A stretch of DNA of 64,000 nucleotides from a virus: the IMG/VR virus record IMGVR_UViG_3300034060_000702, positions 18,461 to 82,460 of that record. One strand, given 5' to 3'. The notes below the pieces were generated by a model. The model saw nothing but the letters and a program-made list of their open reading frames with translations, was not told the DNA's origin and made no database searches. Positions 32,890 to 41,957 of this stretch are shown piece after piece. The translations under genes and the position numbers were made by a program. How positions within the stretch are numbered: position 1 is the first letter of the stretch; the number at the start of each line of letters is the position of its first letter.

Positions 32890-33519
32890 TTAAGGACAAC
32901 AAATTTCTGAATTATTTACTAAATCCATTTTAAGCAATTGATGATTAATAATGGTTTCCATTAAATCATCCATGCAACAAAATTTAATTCCCATTTTCTT
33001 TTCCATTGCTGATTTAAAAGTTAAGTCAGCAAATCTACACATAGTAGTTTCAACTTTAGTTTCATCTAATCCATTGTAATAAGAATCTAAAAATAACTTT
33101 TTAGAATCGATTTCATTTGTTGCAGGAACTGGAATATCTGGCATACATTCCTTACAAGTTTTTACACAAGTATATTCAAAGAAAAAATTTTCAAATGGAA
33201 TGTCATAAGTTTCCTCATTACAAATTTCCGCAGCTTCAACAAACTTAAAACAACCTGTAAGTTTACTTAGATTAATATCTGTAACAGATGAAACAACTAC
33301 CATTGCTAGATCATCAGGATGAATGTTATTACTCATCTTTCCTGTGAATACTAATCGCAATGGTAAATTGTTTATTTTACATGGAGTTGAATCGCAACAT
33401 TGCACTAGTGTATAGTATTCAATATTTGGTCCAGGACTTACACTATAAGAAGTAGCATAGTCTTCTAAATCAAAGTGTAAAAATCTTGGTCTAAACCCTA
33501 GTATAATGTCAAAGTTCAT
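32890..33519 (-). CDS. Cys-rich putative tail hub protein
   Basis: 209 aa; GIKFCC motif; synteny. Confidence 0.45.
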   Translation of the reverse strand: MNFDIILGFRPRFLHFDLEDYATSYSVSPGPNIEYYTLVQCCDSTPCKINNLPLRLVFTGKMSNNIHPDDLAMVVVSSVTDINLSKLTGCFKFVEAAEICNEETYDIPFENFFFEYTCVKTCKECMPDIPVPATNEIDSKKLFLDSYYNGLDETKVETTMCRFADLTFKSAMEKKMGIKFCCMDDLMETIINHQLLKMDLVNNSEICCP

Positions 33520-33521
33520 CT

Positions 33522-33650
33522 TTATTTTGGATTTTGTGAGTTATAAATATAAACACATTTAGAACACACTTGTGTTCCATTTAATGATACAACTGGATAA
33601 GAACCAGTACAGCTGCATGTTCCGCAGTTAGGACAAATTGTAGTAGCCAT
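33522..33650 (-). CDS. 42-aa Cys-rich (zinc-ribbon-like) protein, not in the ORF track
   Basis: MATTICPNCGTCSCTGSYPVVSLNGTQVCSKCVYIYNSQNPK exactly fills the gap between flanking genes. Confidence 0.7.
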   Translation of the reverse strand: MATTICPNCGTCSCTGSYPVVSLNGTQVCSKCVYIYNSQNPK

Positions 33651-33651
33651 C

Positions 33652-34218
33652 TTAATATAATTTACATGTAAAGTTATCTAATAATTTTTTAGCATAGTTA
33701 TACAAAAGCATACCTTCTTCAACATTTAAACAATACTCTACTTTTGCTTTAGCAGCATCAATGTATCCAGTGATTGTCATCAATGCATTGAATTTATCTT
33801 TTGTTTCTGGAATTGGTTCGCAAGCACTCAATTTAAGATCACACCAAGCAGACTGTAATTGTTTTTTAAGAGCAGTAACTCTTAAATGGTAATACTCAAC
33901 AAACAATCTATCATTTGGTGAGTTAGAATACTTAATTGTATAAACACCATCATTCAAAGTATCAAATTCAACATCACATGAGTCCATTTGTAATTGTAAG
34001 TCACATGCTGTTAAATTTAAGATAAATCCTTTTTGAATTGTAAGGGGAGCTGGTGATAAATCATTATAGGTAATCCAGTTACCAAATCCTGGAGCCATTA
34101 CTTGTACTGTAGGACAAGAGTAAGGCATTATATCACTATAGACACTTGTATCTTCTATTCGAAGAATACAGTCAGTCATAATATCTGGGATATTTAATCT
34201 TAAATTATTTATTGCCAT
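33652..34218 (-). CDS. Putative tail hub protein
   Basis: IEDTSVY...LNDGVYTIKYS..P beta domain plus a helical C-terminus; crAss synteny. Confidence 0.55.
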   Translation of the reverse strand: MAINNLRLNIPDIMTDCILRIEDTSVYSDIMPYSCPTVQVMAPGFGNWITYNDLSPAPLTIQKGFILNLTACDLQLQMDSCDVEFDTLNDGVYTIKYSNSPNDRLFVEYYHLRVTALKKQLQSAWCDLKLSACEPIPETKDKFNALMTITGYIDAAKAKVEYCLNVEEGMLLYNYAKKLLDNFTCKLY

Positions 34219-34232
34219 TTTTTCTTTAATTT

Positions 34233-34268
34233 AAAAAAGGGGAATAGAGAAAAACTCCATTCCCCTTT
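34233..34268 (-). terminator. Intrinsic terminator
   Basis: AAAGGGGAAT...ATTCCCCTTT stem with a T tail on the minus strand. Confidence 0.75.
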
Positions 34269-34291
34269 GAAGAGTAAATATACTACTTTTT

Positions 34292-35926
34292 TTAGATAGC
34301 TTTCGCTACAAATGCAGTGTGACCATAAGTTTCTAAAGAAACAGCTTGTCTAGCATTTGTCAACCAAGTATTCATGAATGTTTCAAATGCAGTTGCTGTA
34401 GCAGCAGGAACATAAATGTTCAATGCATATTGATCATTATCATAAACACCAGAAGGGTTGTTTGTTCTTGGAGTAGTATGCAAGATTACGTATCTTGTGA
34501 AAGATGCTTGTCTAATTGGTTTAAGAACACCACCATTAAGTGCAGTGATTGCCAAATACTGATCTCCTTGATTGATTTCTCTTAATCGGCTATCAGAATG
34601 GAATTGGTTTTGTAAGTATGATTCATCAAAGATAATATCACGCAATACACTTTCTCCAAAACCTTGACCTTGAAAACCTTTTGTTTCATCAGTAATACAT
34701 AATTTGCTGAACTCACATGGATTTCCAGTTAAGTCAGTCAATGATACATTAAGATTAACAATTTCTTTTTCAAAACCATCTTCAAGTTGGAATGAACAAT
34801 TACCAAATGAAGTTTCAACATAAGCACCAACTAAGCGGATACCAGCAACTTTACCAGCAACATAACCTGGAGATAAAGTAGCAGCAGTAGCACCTGCAAC
34901 ACCATAGTTTGACCATACATAAGCAGAACCAGCTTCAGCACCTACAGTTGTAAGAGGAGTGATGTAACCAGCAGCAACAGCTTCAGCAGCAGTAGCAAAC
35001 AATGGTTGTTGATATTGATTGTAAACGATAGGTCTAACAAAGTCTTTTACAATTGGATCATTGATGATTTGGTTAGCCCAATCAATCATTACCAAAGTTG
35101 AATCAACATTAACAACACCAGCAGTTGTACAACATCCTGTGTTAGCAGCATATGTTTTGTATGCTTTGTGGTTCAATAATTTCAAAATTGGAGCACCAGA
35201 CAATTCAACCGCTAAGTTGTATGTTTCGCCACACATGAAATCAAAAGAACAAACCGCAGGTTCAGTAATTGTAAGTGTTGGAGCAGTACCAACTGTAAAT
35301 CCAGCACCAACATTTGCAGGAACCGTTAAAACATTACCTGTAACATAATTTGCACCATTGTTGTTAATTTTTGCAGAAGTAACAACACCACCAGCAACAA
35401 CTAAGTCAACTGTTATTCCAGTACCAGCACCACCAGTAGTAGGTAAGTTAAGGAAAGTACCATTAGAAAGACCAACACCAGCAGTTGTAATTACAGCAGT
35501 AATTTCATTCAAATTTGTGTTACCAACATGAACAATTGCTTGTTCTGGAGCAGCAGCAGTCATTTTTACAAACTTGCTGATGTATCTTGGGTTAATCACT
35601 TTTGATTTGTTAGACTCATTGTAACCACCATGAAATGGTCCAATTTTATCTTTTGGTAAAATAGCTGAAGAAGCTAATACTAATGGAGCAGCAGCTACAA
35701 CTTCAGCACCACCTACAACAACTGATAAATAAGTATCCTTGTTAAAGAATCCAAATGTACCAACACCTAATGCATAAGGTGCAGCTGTTGAACTTAGGTA
35801 GCGAGAGTGAACTCCGGCTTCAGTTAAAAATCCTTCATTAACTGATTTTCTTACACCCGCAGATGTAGTTTGTGTTGCTTTTGTTCCTAAAAAGGACTTT
35901 CTAAAAGCACTGTTGAAATGACTCAT
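34292..35926 (-). CDS. Abundant structural protein, probable auxiliary capsid protein
   Basis: 544 aa, Ala/Gly/Thr-rich, with its own terminator; position after the MCP/ring genes; internal beta insert. Confidence 0.55.
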   Translation of the reverse strand: MSHFNSAFRKSFLGTKATQTTSAGVRKSVNEGFLTEAGVHSRYLSSTAAPYALGVGTFGFFNKDTYLSVVVGGAEVVAAAPLVLASSAILPKDKIGPFHGGYNESNKSKVINPRYISKFVKMTAAAPEQAIVHVGNTNLNEITAVITTAGVGLSNGTFLNLPTTGGAGTGITVDLVVAGGVVTSAKINNNGANYVTGNVLTVPANVGAGFTVGTAPTLTITEPAVCSFDFMCGETYNLAVELSGAPILKLLNHKAYKTYAANTGCCTTAGVVNVDSTLVMIDWANQIINDPIVKDFVRPIVYNQYQQPLFATAAEAVAAGYITPLTTVGAEAGSAYVWSNYGVAGATAATLSPGYVAGKVAGIRLVGAYVETSFGNCSFQLEDGFEKEIVNLNVSLTDLTGNPCEFSKLCITDETKGFQGQGFGESVLRDIIFDESYLQNQFHSDSRLREINQGDQYLAITALNGGVLKPIRQASFTRYVILHTTPRTNNPSGVYDNDQYALNIYVPAATATAFETFMNTWLTNARQAVSLETYGHTAFVAKAI

Positions 35927-36011
35927 TTTTCTTTTTTTTTAATTAAACACTAAAACACTAAGTATATATTATAAGGATAATTTTTTTAAATTCCTAATTT
36001 ATATAAACTTT

Positions 36012-36149
36012 TTAACATTTTTTCTTTGCAGAACCGCCCATAGCTTTTTTTGGAGCTGCTTTTGCTCCTTTAGCTGGAGCAGCTTTCTTCGCCCATGGTG
36101 GAACCCATGCTCCTTTTGCAGGTGCGGCTTTTTTCTTTGCTGTTGCCAT
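36012..36149 (-). CDS. 45-aa Lys/Ala/Pro-rich basic protein, not in the ORF track
   Basis: MATAKKKAAPAKGAWVPPWAKKAAPAKGAKAAPKKAMGGSAKKKC. Confidence 0.75.
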   Translation of the reverse strand: MATAKKKAAPAKGAWVPPWAKKAAPAKGAKAAPKKAMGGSAKKKC

Positions 36150-36175
36150 TATATTTGATTTTTAAAGGTTACTAT

Positions 36176-36880
36176 TTAAGTATTTGATTCTACACTATTA
36201 GAAGCAATTTGTTGAATGTTAATACTTTCAATATCACCTGCTAATATTTTAACAGCTTCATCAATAAATATTTCAACAATATCATCTTTAAATTCACACT
36301 CAACTTCAACTAATGAAATCAATCCGGTATATGGATTAGATACACCTTTTATTTCAATTCTTCTTGGTTGTTTATAATAAGTTAGTTTAGGTTCTACAAC
36401 ATCAAATTTAGAATCTGTATAGATCTTAATCTTATTTGCAGAAACAGTACAAAAAGTTTCAGCCCATTCAAAACTTGGTTTTTTATTGAAGTCAGATAAT
36501 AGTGTATCTACATCTGCTTCTTTTGCCAATACAACAACAAGCTTTCTAGGATCTTTGCAACAACCACTTGTAGCTTTTGCTGATATTCTTTTCCACTCGA
36601 AATAATCTTTAGGAAGAGCTTGTGAGATATAGTATTCCTCTTCTTTGCTCATTTTTACTAGAACTGTATCCAATAAGATTTGCAAGTCATCGATTCTTCT
36701 TTTGGAAGCCTCATCTCCTGTTTTAGAAATATTGAGGCCTTCTAAAGTTCTTCTACACCAAGCAACTGTTGCTTTGTTGAAAGCCTCAACAATTTGCCAG
36801 TCAGTAATGTTATCATAATCCTTACTGTCTAACTTGTTAATTCTTTGCTTAACTTTTATTTTGATAGTGCTATTATTCAT
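36176..36880 (-). CDS. Ring/head-tail connector protein
   Basis: INKLDS...AFNKA...KRRIDDL...LPKDY...LTYYKQP; conserved crAss ring gene position. Confidence 0.7.
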   Translation of the reverse strand: MNNSTIKIKVKQRINKLDSKDYDNITDWQIVEAFNKATVAWCRRTLEGLNISKTGDEASKRRIDDLQILLDTVLVKMSKEEEYYISQALPKDYFEWKRISAKATSGCCKDPRKLVVVLAKEADVDTLLSDFNKKPSFEWAETFCTVSANKIKIYTDSKFDVVEPKLTYYKQPRRIEIKGVSNPYTGLISLVEVECEFKDDIVEIFIDEAVKILAGDIESINIQQIASNSVESNT

Positions 36881-37008
36881 TATTTTTTATTTTTAGAAGC
36901 AGGTTTTTTCATATTGCGACCAATCATCATTCCTGCCTGAAAAGATTTTTTAACCTTTTCTGCACAGTCTGATTTTTTTGAACTTGTAGTAGTTTTTGTC
37001 TTTGCCAT
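36880..37008 (-). CDS. 42-aa basic protein, not in the ORF track
   Basis: MAKTKTTTSSKKSDCAEKVKKSFQAGMMIGRNMKKPASKNKK; TAATG overlaps at both ends. Confidence 0.7.
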   Translation of the reverse strand: MAKTKTTTSSKKSDCAEKVKKSFQAGMMIGRNMKKPASKNKK

Positions 37009-37295
37009 TACTTTTTCTTTTTATGTGTATTTGCAAAATTTCTTGCTGCTTCTTTACTACCAAATCCCCATGCTTTTAATGCAAGTTTCAATCTTGTAGG
37101 CTCACCATTTGATTTCTTTTCTGGACCAGCCATACCACCAAATCTAGCAGCAAAACTAACCCTTCTTGGATTAGTTCCTGATTTTACTGGAGCTTTAAGG
37201 TTAGAACCTTCTGCTTTCGCAGAGGCTCTACCTTTAGCATTTAATCCTCCATTGGGATTTTTTCCTTCTTTTCTTGTCCAAGCTGGAGTAGCCAT
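37008..37295 (-). CDS. Small basic phage protein (DUF6321-like)
   Basis: KNPNGGLNAKGRAS...NLKAPV...RRVSFAARFGGM...LALKAW. Confidence 0.7.
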   Translation of the reverse strand: MATPAWTRKEGKNPNGGLNAKGRASAKAEGSNLKAPVKSGTNPRRVSFAARFGGMAGPEKKSNGEPTRLKLALKAWGFGSKEAARNFANTHKKKK

Positions 37296-37296
37296 C

Positions 37297-37515
37297 TTAA
37301 CAACCTTTTTTCATTTTACCACCCATTGACATTTTAGGTTTTGCTTTACCACCCATTTTCATTTTAGGTGTTACTTTACCTCCAGCTTTATAAGCTTTTA
37401 CTTTACCACCATTACGCAATATTGTAGCAGGATTATTATCAAAATCATCTGCAGCAATTGTTTTAGTAGGTGTTGGTGCTGGTGCTTTTTTAACTGGTTT
37501 TTTAACTGTTGCCAT
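37297..37515 (-). CDS. 72-aa basic protein with four xxGGK repeats
   Basis: LRNGGK, YKAGGK, MKMGGK, MSMGGK. Confidence 0.7.
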   Translation of the reverse strand: MATVKKPVKKAPAPTPTKTIAADDFDNNPATILRNGGKVKAYKAGGKVTPKMKMGGKAKPKMSMGGKMKKGC

Positions 37516-37542
37516 GATATTTATTTTTAAAAGTTACATTGT

Positions 37543-38541
37543 TTATTTACTCCACAACCCATCAACATTTGCCATCAATCGATCTAATACTTCTTCATTA
37601 GAAGGATTCAACAAGTATTCAATCATATCGGAAACATTTCTTCCTAACATAATATTTGTACTTGCTTCATACATCATGCTATCTCCTTTAGGAATAATGT
37701 ATTTAAAGAAGCATGCATCCTTAACAACCGCTTTGATTTTCAAATAATCATTTGCTAATTCACTTGTTTCAATGAATAAGCGAGCAGTTCTTTTCTTATC
37801 TTGATCAACACCAAGACCATTGATATACTTATCTAAACCATCATAAATAATATCAGGTAATGTTCTGTTACTAAATTGAACCGAACTACCTTCAAGACAT
37901 TTGATCATGTAGAATAATTTTCTTGGGTTTTCAGTAGAAATGTTTTCTAAGATAGCCAATGCTTTATTTCTAAGTTTAACAGTTGACATTTGAGTAGAGA
38001 TTGTATCAATCTGTCTATCTAAATACCATTTCTTTTTGTTTCTTTTACACTCTTCTAAACTAGAAGCTACTAAAGAGAATCCACCAGCTTCTACAGCTTT
38101 GATAATAATCAAGTGATCAAGATTATTAATTGGATCTAAAACAATTTCATCATTGCTTAATCGAATATTTATCTTACTCCAGATTTCAGAATTATCTGGT
38201 TTAAACATTTCAACTTTAGTCCAAAAATCTTTATCTTCAACTTTTAAAGACATGTTAAAAGCTCTATCTCTTTCAAGTAAAACAATAGTTTCTCTGATTT
38301 CTTTAATAACAGCTTTCTGTTTTTCAGGATCACTAATTTTTTTGATGTCTGGAGCAAACTCATTTAATCCAGTAACATACCTTGTTTTACCATTTTGTTC
38401 GATTGCTGCAAGTGGTTCTACTTGCTGTGTTCCAGGAAATACAACATAACTGTATTTTTCTAATCCCATATTTTCAACTGTGTTATCACAGAATGGTTTA
38501 ATAGAAATTTTACCTGAATACTTAATTGGTTCTTTACTCAT
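37543..38541 (-). CDS. Conserved crAss-like head-module protein downstream of the MCP
   Basis: 332 aa; RYVTGLNEFAP, DFWTKV and LGRNVSDMIEYLLNPSNEE motifs; synteny. Confidence 0.65.
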   Translation of the reverse strand: MSKEPIKYSGKISIKPFCDNTVENMGLEKYSYVVFPGTQQVEPLAAIEQNGKTRYVTGLNEFAPDIKKISDPEKQKAVIKEIRETIVLLERDRAFNMSLKVEDKDFWTKVEMFKPDNSEIWSKINIRLSNDEIVLDPINNLDHLIIIKAVEAGGFSLVASSLEECKRNKKKWYLDRQIDTISTQMSTVKLRNKALAILENISTENPRKLFYMIKCLEGSSVQFSNRTLPDIIYDGLDKYINGLGVDQDKKRTARLFIETSELANDYLKIKAVVKDACFFKYIIPKGDSMMYEASTNIMLGRNVSDMIEYLLNPSNEEVLDRLMANVDGLWSK

Positions 38542-38591
38542 TTTATTTGTTGGTTTAAATTAATAACTGACTAGGTTATAAAGATAATAAT

Positions 38592-38617
38592 AAAAATAAC
38601 CTCCGAAGAGGTTATTT
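38592..38617 (-). terminator. Intrinsic terminator with cUUCGg loop
   Basis: Minus strand AATAACCTC-TTCG-GAGGTTATT followed by Ts. Confidence 0.8.
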
Positions 38618-38622
38618 ATTTT

Positions 38623-38844
38623 TTAAGAAAGTGCAGTTAACAATGCATTGAAGCGAGCTTCAAGTGCTATTATTCTGTCTGTAGTTGTTCCAGTTCCAGT
38701 TAATGCTGGAATAGCTTTTGCTAAAGTTGAGAATTGATCAACAATTTCATTTACATGAGCAACTCTTGCAAGCTGTGCTTCATTGTAATCAGCTCCTTTT
38801 AATACTTTATCAGGACTTTCTGTTTTGATTTTTGTAAGTGCCAT
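38623..38844 (-). CDS. Small virion protein (possible head fibre/decoration)
   Basis: 73 aa directly after the MCP; AQLARVAHVNEIV motif. Confidence 0.55.
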   Translation of the reverse strand: MALTKIKTESPDKVLKGADYNEAQLARVAHVNEIVDQFSTLAKAIPALTGTGTTTDRIIALEARFNALLTALS

Positions 38845-38856
38845 TTTATAAGATTT

Positions 38857-38890
38857 AAAAAAAGGAACCGGGGGTTGCCGGCTCCTTTTT
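38857..38890 (-). terminator. Terminator after the major capsid gene
   Basis: Minus strand GGAGCCGGC-AAC-CCCCGGTTCC (near-perfect stem) followed by T8. Confidence 0.8.
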
Positions 38891-38903
38891 GATTAATAAA
38901 AGA

Positions 38904-40520
38904 TTATAAAGAATAACCAGTGATTGGGTTTCTCATAACGATTTTCAACACTTTAGTTGGATCTTCTACTTTGATCGCAGGCATTGCTTGTGTCATGTAG
39001 ATTTGGTATCCATTGAAGTTACCTGAAGATTGGAACCCTTGAGTTCTTCCCATGTAATCCATAGAACCATTAACATATCTCCAAACAAGGTCTTTGTTCC
39101 AAGCACATTTCAACAATTTGATGTTATCATTACCATTTTCAGTAATATCAAATACGATGAATGAGTAAGAAGACAATCTATGACCATCAATGATTGGGTT
39201 CTCAATATCATTGTTTTGTAAGTTATCGAATGCTGGATTCAATACAAACTTGATATTAGCTAAGAAAGGAATCATGTACTCTGTGAAAGAGAATCCGAAT
39301 CCTAAATCCATTCCTTGACCTTTGATAGCATCAAGTTCTTTAGCGTTCATAACCAATCCAGAAGAGAAAGCTTCGCGCTTAATCGCTTCATTGATCATTC
39401 TCATACCACCCATACCTGTTTGAACAATCAATGATCTTTTAGAATCTGGTCCTTGGAAATCAACTTTACCATTGTAGAAGTTGAATAATTCAGAACGGAA
39501 GATGTCTAATTTGAAATCAGATTTGTTGTATACATGTTTGAAAGACAAATCTAATTGTTTCCAAAGTCCAACTGATAATCTTAAATCATCTGGCCCATCT
39601 TGTTTGATTCGACCACCTTTACCCCACATTAAGTAAGTTTCGATGTCATAAGCAATTTTGGACAAGTGAGCTGCTTCCAACTTAGTGATAAAAGTTCTAA
39701 CTAAGTTACCATTAGCTTGCGCTTTTTTGATATAGTCAGCACCTTTAGCTTTCACCATTCCTTCTAAAGAAGTAATTGATGGATCTAAACTTGTGTCAAA
39801 AGATTTCCATAACTCTGTTACAGGTACTTTTCCATCTGCATTCATACCACCTTTTTCCATCAACTTCACTTTAGAAGAGATTGAATAATGAACGTGTGCA
39901 TCTGCATTACCAACATAGTTGTAGAACTCTCTTGTTGTAGCAGTAGTTGTAAGATCAGAATATCTTTCACCATATTCACCTCTTGCAGAACCTACTCTGA
40001 AATAGAATGATTGTGATGTCAAGAATGCATTATCAAATACTGCATCTGAATCATTGTTTACTAACTGTACTGTATAGATAACTCCATCAGTTAAATCAAG
40101 AATTTCCTCATCAGTGATGAATAATTCTTTACCATTGAACTTATCATAAGTGATGATGTCACCATGACCAAAAGTTCTTTTGTTCAATTTGATTTTAAAT
40201 GGAGTTCCATCTAAACCTTTCATTGAGTTGTTAGAATCTAAATCCTCAACAATGAATGGAAGCTCTTCAGAAACTGGTGTGCTCCATTTGTATTCACCTC
40301 TTGGGTGTTGAACGTCAATAACATTCTTACCACCAAAAGAAGACATTTGATAAAGAGGCATCTCAACTTTTTTAACTTGAGCCCATAATTCTACTGGACC
40401 TAAATCATCTGGTTGTGCATCTTTCATCAAATTCATCATGTGATAAGAATCTACATGCGAACTTGCTGTGTAATGGTTATCCCGAAGGAACATTCCATTA
40501 TTTAAAACTGGTGTACTCAT
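38904..40520 (-). CDS. Major capsid protein (crAss-type HK97 fold)
   Basis: 538 aa following portal and scaffold; strong codon bias; LMWGKGG, GLWKQL and NPAFDN motifs. Confidence 0.85.
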   Translation of the reverse strand: MSTPVLNNGMFLRDNHYTASSHVDSYHMMNLMKDAQPDDLGPVELWAQVKKVEMPLYQMSSFGGKNVIDVQHPRGEYKWSTPVSEELPFIVEDLDSNNSMKGLDGTPFKIKLNKRTFGHGDIITYDKFNGKELFITDEEILDLTDGVIYTVQLVNNDSDAVFDNAFLTSQSFYFRVGSARGEYGERYSDLTTTATTREFYNYVGNADAHVHYSISSKVKLMEKGGMNADGKVPVTELWKSFDTSLDPSITSLEGMVKAKGADYIKKAQANGNLVRTFITKLEAAHLSKIAYDIETYLMWGKGGRIKQDGPDDLRLSVGLWKQLDLSFKHVYNKSDFKLDIFRSELFNFYNGKVDFQGPDSKRSLIVQTGMGGMRMINEAIKREAFSSGLVMNAKELDAIKGQGMDLGFGFSFTEYMIPFLANIKFVLNPAFDNLQNNDIENPIIDGHRLSSYSFIVFDITENGNDNIKLLKCAWNKDLVWRYVNGSMDYMGRTQGFQSSGNFNGYQIYMTQAMPAIKVEDPTKVLKIVMRNPITGYSL

Positions 40521-40551
40521 TTTTATTTATTTATTTATTGTTACTTGTTAA

Positions 40552-41826
40552 TTACCTACCAAAGATACTTTTTTGTGATCTTGTGATAGGTGGTTTTCTT
40601 GCACCTGCTGCTCCTCTATTATCAGTTTGTGAACCTGCACCGGATGAAGCTGTTCTTGAAGCTTCTTCTGTTTTCAACATTCTAACTGTTTTTGCATTTG
40701 CTTCTTTGTTACCAATTTGCTTTACAGAACTTCTGTAACCATCTGGATCACTCAATAACCATAATGCTTCTGCAACTAAACCTGGATTAGTTTTTTCTCC
40801 AAATTGGTGTTGTTCTAAATAGTATCCTAAAGCATTTGTCGGTCTTCCTTTTGAATCCTGATACTTTGATCTATCAATCAATCCATAATATAATGCATTT
40901 TGTACTTTCGGATTTAATGGAATACCATTTAATTCAGTTGTATTTAATGCATTGAAAACAGTTGTTTGATAAACTTTAGTTTGCTCTTGTTTTCTATGTT
41001 CTGCCTTTTTTTGATCATCCAACCTATGTTGAATTATCTCTGCTTGTTTAGCATCTAATTTCGGTTTGTATCTTAATGCATATTTCTCAAGATCACCTCT
41101 GTCTTTCAACATGTTTATTTCATCTTCAATTTCTTCCGCAGAATCAACATCTAATGAGTTTAACCATTGGCGAACAATAACCTCTTGATCATTTGGATTG
41201 TCAACATCCAAATCAAAAGTTTCTTGAGCTTTAGCTAACTGTCCAAAAACAGTTTTAAGGTCACTACCTCCATTTAAAGCATAACTTACTACAGCTTGAA
41301 CTTCTTCCGGCAATGTTTGAAACAATTCAACTGGTGCATTTTGTGCAGTTGTTGAAACTTGGTTTTCAATATTTGCAGTAATTAATTCTTTAAAATCATT
41401 TACTGTATAATCTGATAAAGGTTTGTCATCATCAAATGCCTGTAGGATGCCCTCTTCAATCAAACTTGTTGCTGCTTCAATCAAAGCATCTTTAGATAAA
41501 GAAGGGCGACCTCCTTTATTTTGAGATTTCTTTGCATCTGCATCATCATCTTCATTGTCAAGTTCATCATCTACTAATTTACTGATGTCATCATTTGTAA
41601 TAACAACATCTTTCAATGCATCTGGATTGTTCTTGTCAATAGTATCATCATCTAAAAATGATGTATCAACTTTACCTCCATCAAACATACTAGGTTTAAC
41701 TGGTTCATCTGTACCAATTATTGATTCTGTAACTCCTAGTAATTCATCTAAATTGTCAAAGTCTACTTCTTCTACATTTGCAGAAGCCGATGTTGCAGCC
41801 GCTGCTGCAGTTCCATTGTTTGTCAT
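40552..41826 (-). CDS. Acidic scaffold-like protein
   Basis: Very acidic, helical, with a basic C-terminal tail; lies between portal and MCP. Confidence 0.7.
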   Translation of the reverse strand: MTNNGTAAAAATSASANVEEVDFDNLDELLGVTESIIGTDEPVKPSMFDGGKVDTSFLDDDTIDKNNPDALKDVVITNDDISKLVDDELDNEDDDADAKKSQNKGGRPSLSKDALIEAATSLIEEGILQAFDDDKPLSDYTVNDFKELITANIENQVSTTAQNAPVELFQTLPEEVQAVVSYALNGGSDLKTVFGQLAKAQETFDLDVDNPNDQEVIVRQWLNSLDVDSAEEIEDEINMLKDRGDLEKYALRYKPKLDAKQAEIIQHRLDDQKKAEHRKQEQTKVYQTTVFNALNTTELNGIPLNPKVQNALYYGLIDRSKYQDSKGRPTNALGYYLEQHQFGEKTNPGLVAEALWLLSDPDGYRSSVKQIGNKEANAKTVRMLKTEEASRTASSGAGSQTDNRGAAGARKPPITRSQKSIFGR

Positions 41827-41957
41827 AACTGTGTTGGTTTTAATTACTGACTATATATAATATAAGCAAAAATATTCAATTTTAAATAATATATGTTTAA
41901 CTATTTTAAATGAACTAAATATTAAGCGGTAGTATATGGTTAAAACCTAACAAATTG

